Below the pieces are notes generated by a model. It made no database searches. It worked only from the letters and a program-made list of their open reading frames with translations, and was not told where the DNA came from. A DNA stretch of 64,000 bases from Zancudomyces culisetae HAW-14-8 (lineage: Eukaryota > Fungi > Kickxellomycota), in the NCBI GenBank assembly GCA_052426225.1, contig JBNJNM010000010.1, positions 1,240,001 to 1,304,000 of the forward strand, read 5' to 3'. Numbering within the stretch: the first letter of the stretch is position 1; every line of letters begins with the position of its first letter. Both the position numbers and the translations under genes were made by a program. Below, one piece after another: positions 39,590-52,511 of this stretch.

Positions 39590-40370
39590 CTCTAGATTCA
39601 TTTTGATTAAGTTTTATTTTACGTTTTATAATTCTGTTTAGATAAATTATATAAATAAAAAGATTTTATTGCAAAAGAGATCTTTAGCAATAAAATACTT
39701 TCATTCCATAGTATTTTATTTAATAAATCAAGTATCAAGTTATAATTATAGTACTTAGTGTCAGGTCATGACAGCCTAGTTGATTTATCCTATACATTCG
39801 CCCAAAGTTCAAATTATAATAAACTGATACATATTATTGTTATTCATCTATTAAAAAAACATTTAAATTATATGTGTAAATGCTATGTAAAGTTGCAAGC
39901 GATATAATTCTCAAAATTGTAAATAATAGGTAAATCTTGACGTGATATTGATTTAAGGATATGTTTTAGTATGTTTCACATTATGAACTTTGCTATACAA
40001 TTCTGCAGATATCATATAAGTGTTAATTATTCACAATATTTTAATGAATATGCTTAAATTTCGCAGTTTGCAATATTATTGTTTCTCAGCCTCAATATTA
40101 ATGGTAGCCATAAATTTATTATAAATTAATAAATATAACTGATAACTGCGAAGTCCGTTATTAGTTCTTGTCAGGACCTGACAACTAAGTATTATTTTAT
40201 TTTATTTTATTTTATTTAGTTATTTAAAGTAGTATATATCTTGTAAAGATATTTTATTGCTGAAGCTTCTCTTTCAATAAAAACTATGGCTATATATACT
40301 TTTCCAAAACTACTAAAAAACTATGAAAAACATTGTTATAACTATAAGAAAATTCTAGAATGTTAGGATT
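39590..40370. repeat. Degenerate internal inverted repeat (MITE/foldback-like or inverted LTR pair; boundaries approximate)
   Basis: TACTTAGTGTCAGGTCATGACA (~39753) vs TGTCAGGACCTGACAACTAAGTA (~40169); paired TTTTATTGC...CAATAAAA hairpins at ~39664 and ~40252. Confidence 0.6.
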
Positions 40371-40689
40371 CTAGAATGATTAGTAATCAATTGATTAGTA
40401 ATGTAAAACGTGTAATTGCGCAGCAAAATGTCGTAATTTTAACACGTTACTAAATTACCTAATCTACTGCGCAATCAACAAAATTAAATTTCCCAAAATG
40501 ATTTTTGAGAAAATTGCGCAGCAATTTAGTAATTTGTCAGGAAACTAATTTATTTAAGTTGGGAAACTTAATGTTCCCAAGTTAGGATTCAAAGGTAATT
40601 AAATATGATTAAAAATAAATATTAAAACTTTTGGGTAAATAATGCGATTCTGATACAGTTTTTCGGACCCAAGTGTTAGATACCAATAT

Positions 40690-41640
40690 AATACACAATA
40701 ATGATGGTATTAACTAATTAACACACAGTTAAATTATAAAAGTATTATTAATTATACTAGTTTAAAACACACTGAAAAAATATAATATTAGTTAATAACA
40801 TCTTTATTATTGTTAAACGAAATTGACAAACTTAATTGTTCATGAAAGGGATTAGTGTTACCTTTTATACAATTAAATTTGTACTAAAACTTTATTATAA
40901 ACTAAAACTAATAATATAACTAATATTAATAAACAAATAAACTAATATAATTAATATACACAATATTAATGATGGTACATTATTATTGATCATGTGTATC
41001 AATATTAATGTTATAAACTAAAATTAATGTTAATTTATAATATAAACTTATAATTAAATAATATTAATGATACACATTATTATCATTAATATTAATAAAT
41101 ATTATTGTATTTAATCTACAATACTGTTATGATACATGTTTATTCATAACAATTAGACATGATTAAATGTTGATAAAATAAACTTTTTTTAAGACTAGTC
41201 TAGATCGATAGAGAATATAATGTTTCTATGAATAGAGATATTTTTGATTTTTTTGATTATTTGATAGTCCGATTAATATTACTAAACTTATTAAATCTTC
41301 AATTATTATCTGATAATGTTATAAGACATAATATTAATGGTACTAACAAACTATCACACAGTTAGTTTTCTAAAGCTATTAACAAATGTTTAATTTAACA
41401 CACAGTATTATAATTTAAAACTAAAAAAACTTTCAATTAATTAACGAGATTGTTGAAATTAGATGTCATCAAAGGAAATTGTATACCCTTTTATACAACT
41501 AAGTTTGTAATAAAATTTAATATATAACTAAAACTAATAATCTAAATATATAAAAATAATATACTTATTTAATTAATATACGTAATATTAATGATGTTAT
41601 ATTAAATACATAACATGTTTATCAATATTAATGTTTCAAA
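40690..41640. repeat. Degenerate direct duplication (~320 bp, offset ~630 bp)
   Basis: CACACAGTTA, CCTTTTATACAA and AACTAAAACTAATAAT recur in the same order at ~40720-40915 and ~41355-41540. Confidence 0.65.
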
Positions 41641-41700
41641 ACGACAATTAAATAATAATTCTTTAATGATAATAGTTATAATGTGTCGTGTGTATTCCGA

Positions 41701-42427
41701 TGTCGATCGGAATTCACATTTTCTAACAATTATTTAATTTACTACATAAACAATCAACTAACATTCTATTAAAAGTTGATCACTGAAAATACTATGATAA
41801 TTATTTTTTTGAAAATATATATAATAACACAAAAAAAATTATAAAACGAAAAATACATTTAAAAAGATTATAGGAAATCGACATTCAAATATAGGAACAA
41901 TATGAAAACGAAAACGAAGTAACAACGATAACACACGATACAACTCGGTATATACCGTAGAAACATAGGTTATTTGAATTAGCTTTTATTAGGTTAAATA
42001 AGATAGTATATATATAAGCGAAGAAAGACTCAATGAGGATTCCTCAGCTCTTTTGATAGTTTTAATAAGAATAAGGAAAGTAAGATAAATAAATATCAAT
42101 TCAGAATTAAAATCCAGGTTTAGGATAATTAAGAAGTTTATTAGGAATAGTGCTACGGCTAGTTAATGAATATTAAGTTTTGACATATTAGAAACTATTA
42201 AAATCTCACATAAAGAATGTCAGGCTTCATGAGTAAATTTAGACCCAGATGGATCCAGTCAGAAAAAGATGAGGGCAGATACTCATCTGATAGTGACCGT
42301 TCGGGAGCCACTTCTATGGAAGTGGATCCCAAAGAATCACGTGACCCATTTGCTGATATTATGGATCATGTTTTTTTACAATTGAAAAACCCGACAAAGG
42401 ATGAGGCTGCATCAACCTCACCCGACA
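41701..42427 (+). mobile_element. LTR-like unit, family B (left end approximate)
   Basis: TGTCG...CGACA; shares motifs with 28510-29147; no clean TSD. Confidence 0.55.
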
Positions 42428-42441
42428 ATACAAACAATTGA
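42217..42441 (+). CDS. LTR-embedded small ORF, family B (MSGFMSKFR..EGRYSSDSDRS..TSMEVD..SRDPF)
   Basis: Peptide homology to the frameshifted copy at ~28929-29147. Confidence 0.45.
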   Translation: MSGFMSKFRPRWIQSEKDEGRYSSDSDRSGATSMEVDPKESRDPFADIMDHVFLQLKNPTKDEAASTSPDNTNN

Positions 42442-42548
42442 ATAATAAGACGAATTTAAGAATGTAACCACAAGCAAGAACACAGATATTAAGACTTTAA
42501 CATAGGTTAATCTAATTAGCTTTAAGTAGTTTTATTGAAATATATATA

Positions 42549-43897
42549 CAGTGACTCAAAAAATTATTCAAATGTTTTTGATGTTTATTCAAAATTAGTA
42601 TATCTCACGAATATTATATCGTATCACTATAAAAATTACAATTATTATACATTAATATACCATGTATTACCTATCTAAATTTTAGAATACTTGAACCAAC
42701 CAATCAACTGTAGTTATACTATTTGTAATAATATTTTATTTGAACAATTATTTGGTTTTATATTAAATAAATCAATTTTATGATATCTTTTTCATAATGA
42801 TAGATATCATTTATAAAAATTATTGTTACTAGATATAACTTACAATTATCTACACAATACATTATATTATTAAAATTTAAATTTTTGATCAATTTAAATA
42901 CGATGAAAAAACTCAATAATGAGAAAGTTTGGAGTGTTATAAATCTGCTGGATAAAGGATACTCATATAGCCTAATTGCAACTAAACTATCTGTTAGTAA
43001 AGGGACAATATCTAACATAAAAAAAAATTATCGTCCATCAATAAAAAATTTATCACCTGGCAGCCCAAATAAATTGACAAAAGCTAATGAGCGATTAATA
43101 ATTCGGAAAATTACGTCTGGACAATTGTTATAGCTTGATTTATTTTATTAATAATAACTTGATTTAACAAAAATATTAACTTTATTAAACTAAAGAGAAT
43201 ATTTTTCACTGACGATTTCCACAACGAATTTCGTTGGGTTTATATACTTTTTCGTCAGCAAAAATTTCATGAAAAAAACCAAGGTCGCAAGACCTTGTTT
43301 ATCGAAGAAAAAATATTTTCTTACTTTGATAAACATTCAAGGAGTTTGACCCTTGATAGTTTCATGATTTTCAATGTTGGGGTTTAGTTCAACATTGTGT
43401 TGTTTTGGTTTAATTAAAATAAAAACAGTTACTAAAAATCGAATCGGTAATAAATTAATTACATGATTACCTAAATCAATTTATGTAACTTTTCTAAAAT
43501 GGAAATTCAACTTACTAATTTAATTTAACTAAAATAGAAATAAAATTAACTAAGCAAAATTTATAGAACTACGTTCTATTCATAACAACAATTTGATACA
43601 GCGACAGACGCTACAAAATTTCTCAAAGATAATGGCCTCGTATCTGGGGTTCCTCAAAAAGTGCGGAATATCTTGAAAAAATATGGTTTAAGTGCAAAAC
43701 CTAAGGTCAAAAAACCTATGCTAATATTAGGCCATATTAAACAACGACTTGCATTTGCTAAAAAATATCAGCATTGGACTGTAGAAGACTGGAAACGTGT
43801 GATATGGTCTGACGAGACTAAAATTAACAGATTTGGGTCAGATGGGCGCATGTGGTGCTGGAAAAAACAAGGGAGCCAGTTAAAACCGAACCATGTT
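42549..43897 (+). mobile_element. Tc1/mariner DNA transposon, 5' part, interrupted twice
   Basis: TA|CAGTG left end; transposase HTH (42903-43125) resumes at 43593 and includes KKP, HW...DWKRVIWSDETK; cut off by the chromovirus. Confidence 0.88.
43126..43587. mobile_element. Solo LTR inside the Tc1 transposase, 5-bp TSD ACAAT
   Basis: TGTTAT...ATAACA; ACAAT at 43121-43125 and 43588-43592; removal restores the SGQ-FDTA reading frame. Confidence 0.88.
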
Positions 43898-46800
43898 TGT
43901 CATGATTTATCATGATTTATCATGCCATTTGAAATTAAATACACGTGTTGTATTAATTACTATATTGCTACTTCAACTACCTATTATTTTATCATGAATG
44001 ATGAACAGTTAAACCAGTTAACTGCCGAACTCCAAGCTCTCAGAGAAGAGAATACCAGGTTACAAGCGTTGCAAACCGCAACCCAAGATCAGCCAGTACC
44101 TACCGCCTTGCCACTCCAAGCCCCAGCCCAAGCTCCCGCTCAGTTTCCAGCCCATGTCCCATCAGCCAGAATTGCCTTGCCAGAGAGGTACGATGGAGAC
44201 CGAAGTCAGTTCAGAGGCTTCACGAATCAATGCCGTCTTCTATTCTTTACTCATCCTGACCACTACCCGTCCCAAACCAATAAGGTAGGGTTGATCATGT
44301 CTCTTCTTACTGGAAACGCACTAAGATGGGCAAGCCCTTATATTGAGAAGGGTAGCCCAGTGCTCCAAGATTATGAACTCTTTATGAAGGAGTTCTCAAA
44401 GGTGTTCGATGACCCACAACGAACACAGACCGCAAACGACGCCATCCGTGCGCTCCGCCAAGGTTCTACAACAGTATCAATGTACTCTTCTGAGTTCAGA
44501 AGACTCATGATGGACCTAGACTGGAACGAGTCCGCTCTCGTATCCCAGTTCGCAGAAGGTCTCAACGAAAACATTTTGGATACCCTTGCCTTGTTCCAGA
44601 CACCTTCAGACCTAGAAGGGTATATCAATGCAGCCATCACAGTTGACACCAGATTCACCAGACGGAAGGAAGAGAAAGCCAGGAGACGCAGAGGAATCCA
44701 ACCATCAATATCAACCACCACTCAAACCACAGAACCCATGCAAGTAGACAGCGTTCATCGCACTGTATCCCAGCCTGAACGTGATCGTAGAATGAAACTT
44801 GGACTTTGTTTCTACTGTGGTATGAAAAGCACCAAGCCCAAAATTGCCCAGAAAAATCCAAGAAGCCCAAGCCGGGAAACCAATAGGTTCAGGTTCAGAA
44901 CGGAAGCAAACCCTGAACCTACAAGATGCTTCCACAGTTTCCATGAAGTCTGAACCCATGTCAAAGACAGTTCCAAAACAAAGTCCTAACCCCGTCCTTA
45001 ACCATCCACACCGTTTCATGATTCCTGTCACTGTCCACATGCCAAGCAAGCTCAGTTTTAAGATCATGGCCATGATCGATTCAGGTGCTTCAGGAATGTT
45101 TATAAACAAGAAAATTGTAGACTCAAAGCATATTCATACCCAAGACAAGAAAGATCCAGTCTCAGTTGAGTTTATAGATGGTAGTCCATTGACCGAAGGT
45201 CCAATTACCCATCACACCAAGACACTCAAGATTCAGATTCAAAGTAGCCATTGTGAACTAGCTGTATTCGATGTTATGAATTGTTATCATGCTGATATGA
45301 TTTTGGGTCTCCCGTGGCTAGAACTTCATGACCCTGCTATTAATTGGAAAACCCGTTCCATATTGTTTGACAAAGACTACTGTAACAAGAATTGTTTTAA
45401 ACTTCTAAACAATACTTTCAAAGAAAAAAGTACTAAACAAAGTAAGCGTCAGTTCAATTATGAGACCGGACCTATAGTCGGAACACCATCAGGGCTACAA
45501 TCATATCAACCAATGGGTTTACCTATAGTAAACAATAGTTAAGGCAACCACAGCAAACCGCATGTCCAAAATAACCACAGCCAAGAAACTCATAGCCATG
45601 CAATTAAAACCCATAGTCAAGGAAACCACAGTCCAAGAAACCAAAGTCCAAGATTTCCACAGCCAAGGTACCCAAACCCAAAGCCAAGATACCCAATTCC
45701 ATGATGAACAGGAGCCTCACCAAGTAGACATCCTCAATGATTCCCACTTTGACCCTACTGATACTTTTGAGTTAGAATCTATCTTAGATGCTAACTACTT
45801 TTTTGACTCCTCGTCTTGTTCAGAAATGAGTATAGAATCGCAATCTTCCACATCCGATCGCTCCAGTGTTTCTGAATACCTAGACCTACCAATGGATGAG
45901 GCTCCACCCATTCCACCCATTCCACTCATGATTAGACCAATGACCCCACCACCTGCAGACCCAGTGGAACCAATCAGAAAACGCCCAAGTAACATCATAC
46001 TGAACGAGCCGTACCCCACCAAGAAAAAGAAACTTACAGTATCACACATGATTGGTCTCATCAGCCAAGCCAAGCCTAGTCTACCAACGACCGAAGAAGT
46101 TACCATTCCTGCCAAATACCATGATCTCAGTCAAGCCTTTGATAAACAAATGGCTGACACCTTACCACCTCACAGAGAATACGATTGCCCCATAGACCTG
46201 ATTCCTGATGCTAAGCTACCGTATGGCCCAATATACCCTCTGGCTCCCAAAGAAAGGAAAGTCTTCAAATGTATATCGATGAAAACCTAGCCAAGGGGTT
46301 TATTGTTAAATCCAAGTCTCCTGCTGCCGCACCTGTCTTTTTCACGGGTAAATAAGATGGTTCACTAAGACTCGTTGTTGACTACAGAGAGCTCAACAAG
46401 GTCGTCATACGCAACCGGTATCCATTACCGTTTATGACTGAGCTGCTAGAAAGAGTACAGCAATCCAAGATCTTCACCAAACTCGATCTTCGTGGTGCAT
46501 ACAACCTCGTGCGTATTCGTAAAGGTGACGAGGAAAAGACTGCTTTCCGCACACAGTATGACCACTTTGAGTATAGAGTAATGCCATTTGGGCTTGCAAA
46601 TGCCCCTGCAACGTTCCAGTCTTTTGTCAATGATATCTTCAGAGACATACTTGATTTGTATGTTGTTATATACCTGGATGACATTCTCATATTTTCCGCA
46701 AGTCCTGAAGAGCATACCCTTCATGTCCGAACTGTACTTAAACGCCTAATAAAAAACAAACTCTATGCCAAACTAGAAAAATGTGAGTTTGACAAGGATA

Positions 46801-49055
46801 GAGTGGATTTTCTGGGATATGTCATTACGCCTGCCGGATTATCCATGGACCCCTCACGTATCGCCGCAATCAAAATCTGTGCCACACCACAATCTGTAAA
46901 GTACATTCAAGTATTCCTAGGCTTTGTCAACTTCTATCGCCGATTCATTGATAACCACTCCAAGATAGTACAACCAATTACTTCACTGTTAAAGAAAAAT
47001 GTCCAGTTTATCTGGGGCCCCGCTCAACAGTCAGCATTTGAAAAGCTAAAAGCCAAATGTACCTCCTCACCAGTTCTTGCGCACCCGGACCCCAACAAAC
47101 AGTTCATACTGGAGTGCGATGCTTCAAACTATGCTCTCGGTGCTGTTCTGTCTCAGAAGCACGATGGTGTAACACATCCAGTAGCCTTCTATTCCAGAAC
47201 TCTTAACCCTGCGGAACAGAACTATCACATCTATGATAAGGAGCTGCTCGCAATTAAATGCGCTCTTGAACAATGGAGACATCACTTGGAAGGTGCCTCA
47301 TATCCTGTCCTTGTAATCACAGACCACAAAAACTTGGAATATTTCCGCTCAGCCAAGATACTTAACCAGAGACAAGCCAGGTGGGCACTTTTCCTAACCA
47401 GATTCGACATTGAATTGACTTACCGGCCAGGAACTCAGAACGGAAAGGCCGATGCTCTATCCCGAAAAGATGAGCATAAGAGGGGGGTAGATAATCTTGA
47501 TCCCCGTCCCATTTGGCAGCCTAAGATTATCGTTGGTTCAATAGATACTAGCCAGTCCAGCGATCTCATGTCAATGATACTATCCATGACCAAGACCAGT
47601 AACGAAGCCCAAGCCCTGATAACCAAGTTCAAGTTACCGTCCTCGAAACTCACAGTCACAGAAGGCCTAGTCAGATAGAAGGGCCTAGTCTATGTTCCAG
47701 AACCACTTAGACTCCAAATCCTTGAAATGTGCCATGATTCACTGCTTGCTGGCCATTTAGGTAGAAGCAAGACACACAGCCTTATATCTCGTAAGTATTG
47801 GTGGCCAGGAATTCGAACCACTATTCAGGAATACATCGACTCCTGTGAAACGTGTAACCGCATCAAACATGTTACAACCAAGCCATCTAGAATGCTCATG
47901 CCATTAAACACCCCCAATCGTCCTTGGGAAGCTGTTTCTATGGATTTCAAAGTGGAGTTACCTCGTTCTGAAGGTAATACTGTAGTCTTGGTGGTAGTGG
48001 ACCGCTTAACCAAGATGGCCCACTTTATTTCGCTCAAGAGTACTCCGTCCGCTACAGAAACAGCCACAAAGTTTATGGAGTACGTTTTCAAGCTACACGG
48101 TATGCCACAAAGTATTGTTTCTGACCGTGGACCCCAGTTTGTTTCTAAGTTCTGGAGAGAACTAACCCGACTCCTAAAGATTGACTTGCACATGTCTACC
48201 GCATACCATCCACAGTCTGATGGTCAGACAGAACGAGTCAACCAGATACTCGAGCAGTATCTGCGTTGTTTCGTCAATTATCAGCAAGACAATTGGGTCC
48301 AGCTTCTCCCCATGGCCGAGTTTGCATATATCAATGCGACTCATGCATCTACCAAAGCCAGTCCCTTCTACGCTAACTATGGTTATGACCCTCAACTAAC
48401 CATTGACCTAACCTCTAAATCCAAAGTACCTAGTGCGCTAGAATTCGCTACTCATCTGAAAAACATTCAAGACCAACTCAAGTTACATCTAGAAACTGCC
48501 AAAAGTAACTATAAACGTTTTGCTGACAAAAAACGACCAGATACCCAAGACTTCAAGCCAGGCTCCAAAGTATGGCTTTCTCAAGCCAATATCAAGACCA
48601 TGCGACCATCGCACAAGTTAGACTTCAAATACATTGGTCCATTTGAAATTATTGAGATGGTCAATCCTGTAACTGCTAAACTCAAGCTACCTGACAATAT
48701 GAAAATTCATCCCGTCTTCCACGTGTTCCTGCTTAAACCACATAAACAGACATCATGTTCTAACCATACCCAACCACCCCCACCTCCTATCATAGTAGAC
48801 AATCAAGAAGAATACGAAGTATCTTCTATCCTGGACTCCAAGTTTGTTAAAAGAAAGTTAAAGTATCTGATTGATTGGAAAGGATACAGTCCTGAAGATC
48901 GGACATGGGAATATGCTGAAGACGTTCATGCACCTGACCTCGTTGCCAAGTTCCATGCCAGATATCCAGAAAAGCCAGGACCGCGTGCCAGCATTAGAGA
49001 GGGATGATGTCATGATTTATCATGTCATTTGAAATTAAATACACGTGTTGTATTT
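43898..49055 (+). mobile_element. Degenerate Ty3/gypsy chromovirus (gag, PR, RT, RH, IN, chromodomain); 3' LTR truncated
   Basis: PERYDG gag, MIDSGA, YLDD, ECDAS, HDS..AGH, VSDRG, DGQTER, GPF, HPVFHV, YEV..YLIDWKGY..TWE. LTR starts TGTCATGATTTATCATG at 43898 and 49008, PPT before 49008. Frameshifts and stops at ~44820, ~45540, ~46260, 46354 and 47676. Confidence 0.93.
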
Positions 49056-52000
49056 AATTACTAAATTGCTGCGCAATTTTCTCAAAAATCATTTTGGGAA
49101 ATTTAATTTTGTTGATTGCGCAGTAGATTAGGTAATTTAGTAACGTGTTAAAATTACGACATTTTGCTGCGCAATTACACGTTTTACATTACTAATCAAT
49201 TGATTACTAATCATTCTAGAATCCTAACATTCTAGAATTTTCTTATAGTTATAACAATGTTTTTCATAGTTTTTTAGTAGTTTTGGAAAAGTATATATAG
49301 CCATAGTTTTTATTGAAAGAGAAGCTTCAGCAATAAAATATCTTTACAAGATATATACTACTTTAAATAACTAAATAAAATAAAATAAAATAAAATAATA
49401 CTTAGTTGTCAGGTCCTGACAAGAACTAATAACGGACTTCGCAGTTATCAGTTATATTTATTAATTTATAATAAATTTATGGCTACCATTAATATTGAGG
49501 CTGAGAAACAATAATATTGCAAACTGCGAAATTTAAGCATATTCATTAAAATATTGTGAATAATTAACACTTATATGATATCTGCAGAATTGTATAGCAA
49601 AGTTCATAATGTGAAACATACTAAAACATATCCTTAAATCAATATCACGTCAAGATTTACCTATTATTTACAATTTTGAGAATTATATCGCTTGCAACTT
49701 TACATAGCATTTACACATATAATTTAAATGTTTTTTTAATAGATGAATAACAATAATATGTATCAGTTTATTATAATTTGAACTTTGGGCGAATGTATAG
49801 GATAAATCAACTAGGCTGTCATGACCTGACACTAAGTACTATAATTATAACTTGATACTTGATTTATTAAATAAAATACTATGGAATGAAAGTATTTTAT
49901 TGCTAAAGATCTCTTTTGCAATAAAATCTTTTTATTTATATAATTTATCTAAACAGAATTATAAAACGTAAAATAAAACTTAATCAAAATGAATCTAGAG
50001 AATGTTCAAACTAAAACATCGTAAATATTTTAACTGCAATATATTTATAAATTGCAGTTATCGAAACATTCACCATAACGATTAAAATGTTTAATAAATT
50101 ATTTCAAATAATTACATTTGAGAACGAATTTAATTAGCGGAGAGAATGTTAAAAAATTTAACATTTACTATTTTTAAGTGAAAATAAAAATAGCAGTTAT
50201 GACATGTTAAATAATGACATAAGCAACGAGTTGTAAAAACCGAGCATGTATGTTTACTCATATTTAACATATGACGTTTTTTCAAATTAAACAAATTATA
50301 AAAAATAAATATACAGTATAACTAAATATTTGTTAGTGTAAAAAACTCCTTTGTATGATTATTGGAAAAAATATTTACTTTTAATGATTAATTTTTTGGA
50401 GTACTTATCGTTAATTTATACAATTGTTTCAGATTATGTTAAAGTTTAGAAAAATATTAGGTTTTTACCTTTAAAATAACTTTAATAAATAAAACTAACC
50501 TAAACTATTGTCGTGTTGCGATTTATATTGTAACTTTATTTAGATATACCTAACTTAACTAACCCTATTAACTATCTACCAAAAACGCACTCCCTTATTT
50601 CCTTACTCCTTTTTTAGCCTTTTAATCTTCCTATTTCCTTATCTCTGACTCTTTGTAAGTTATCCAATTTACGTTAATATTTATTATCGAGAATTACTAC
50701 TGTCGGCTACGACACTATTAACCCAGTGTACTAATCAATATTTAATTTGATTGTTCTAGAAGGTTTTGGATTGTATGGGGTGACATATTAAGTAATAATT
50801 GTCCCCAGAAATTGCGTAATATTTAACTCATATGTGTAATGTTTTTAAATAGGTAATGGATTAGAAAATTAAATTTAGAACTGACTGTTTAATTGATACC
50901 TAATCATAATAATGATTTATTATATAAATTTATTTATTAATAAATTAAAGTGTATAATAAGTATGTATATATATAACAGTATACATATAAAAATATGTTA
51001 GATATTGACTAATATAATCATAAATAAAGTTTAAATTCAAAAACATTCGAAATATCATATGAGTCACAGAATATTAACAACTAATTATTGTTCGTATTAG
51101 AAATTATGCTAGTTTCTCACCTAAATACCCAATGCCCGCTCAAATATGCGTAATTAGTGCCTGAGCGTGCAAAATGGAGCATACGAGATACACACGTACA
51201 GTGGTGTAGATTAAATTATGCTTTTCGGATACTATATTTATCTAAATTTTAATAATTTTACATTTATAGTTAGAAATTATTTTTTAGTCTATTATATTTC
51301 TTTACATAATTTTCAACATTATGATACGTAATCAATATTAATTATACAAGTCAAATACACGTCTAGCTTAATTTCAAACAAAGTAAAAATTCATTTTACA
51401 ATCAAACTATAAATGCAACTATAAACTATTACTACAAAACAAACAAATAAATCTATTTAAATTATATTTATTTTATCACCTTCAAGTATGATAGATATAA
51501 TTTTAACTATAACAATTGTATATTAATTATATCCAAATAATACTGTAAATGATTTGTAGTAAATAAACTTTTAACATATTACTAATATATTTGAATTCAA
51601 TCTATGTTGAATATATATATATGAATAATAGCTTCATTCTTTAATTACTAATTTTGTAATATGTTAGATTTTTCAAATAAACAATTAAAGCTTCTAAGCT
51701 ATAATACACGTTAGAATATTTTAATCACAGTAATTATAAGATATATTATTTCCAAACATAGAATTTTCAATTATTAATATCAACAACTATTTACAATAAT
51801 TATAAGTTTAAAACATAAATACATTTTAACCAGATGTAAAGTTCTCACAATATACGCAATAATGGCATAGAATAAATGTCAAACTAAACTTGTAGCGTGA
51901 TCCAATGCTTGAGTATAATTGAATATTTAGTGTTATACCAAACTCAAACATAAATAATCTGAAAAATAAATTAGATACTAGTATAATCTCTATCTGTTTA

Positions 52001-52057
52001 ATTGCAATGTTTCTATAAATCAAAATGTATAAATATACGTGAGATAACGTAAAAATG

Positions 52058-52129
52058 TAGCACCACCTAGTTTCGATCTAGGGACCTCAAGGTTATGAGC
52101 CTTGCGCGCTTCCTCTGCGCTATGGTGCT
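52058..52129 (-). tRNA. Initiator tRNA-Met(CAT), duplicate copy
   Basis: Reverse complement of 37461-37532. Confidence 0.93.
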
Positions 52130-52131
52130 AA

Positions 52132-52203
52132 TTCCGCAACGGGGAATCGAACCCCGGCCACGACGGTGAGAGCGTCGGATCCTAGCCACTAGACCATTGC
52201 GGA
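52132..52203 (-). tRNA. tRNA-Glu(CTC), duplicate copy
   Basis: Reverse complement of 37387-37458. Confidence 0.95.
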
Positions 52204-52511
52204 TATATTTTTAATGATGTCGCAGTATGGGATCTGGGGGTTACACAATTGCTCTGTAACCTTATCCCCATTTGCGCAGAATGGGGTGACACACACCCCT
52301 TTGGAGGTGTAGGGGAAAGTCTGATCCCCGACGGACTCCCTAGGCTACTACGGATCTGTATCTGACGCACGCTAGTGGTCAGATCTTTCAAGGTCTGGGG
52401 GCTTAATACCCCAGCATCCTGATCCATGCTGCTGCCAGTACTTCTTCCGGAAGATGATGAAGTGGTACTTATTGCCATCTCCTCATCTTCATACCCATTT
52501 GAGTAGTACAT
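52182..52511 (-). CDS. LTR-embedded small ORF, family A (duplicate of 37079; LTR 52218-52839)
   Basis: Identical translation to 37079-37408. Confidence 0.5.
   Translation of the reverse strand: MYYSNGYEDEEMAISTTSSSSGRSTGSSMDQDAGVLSPQTLKDLTTSVRQIQIRSSLGSPSGIRLSPTPPKGCVSPHSAQMGIRLQSNCVTPRSHTATSLKIYPQWSSG

Larger units (their letters stand above)
34526..40534 (+). repeat. Left arm of ~6.0 kb near-identical inverted duplication
   Basis: Mirror coordinates sum to 89590; identical ORFs and tRNAs on the opposite strand at 49056-55064. Confidence 0.95.

Noticed and set aside
43922-43993. ORF-track start of chromovirus gag at 43922
   Set aside because: This stretch is LTR/leader sequence; ATG 43994 (MNDEQL) is the more plausible start.
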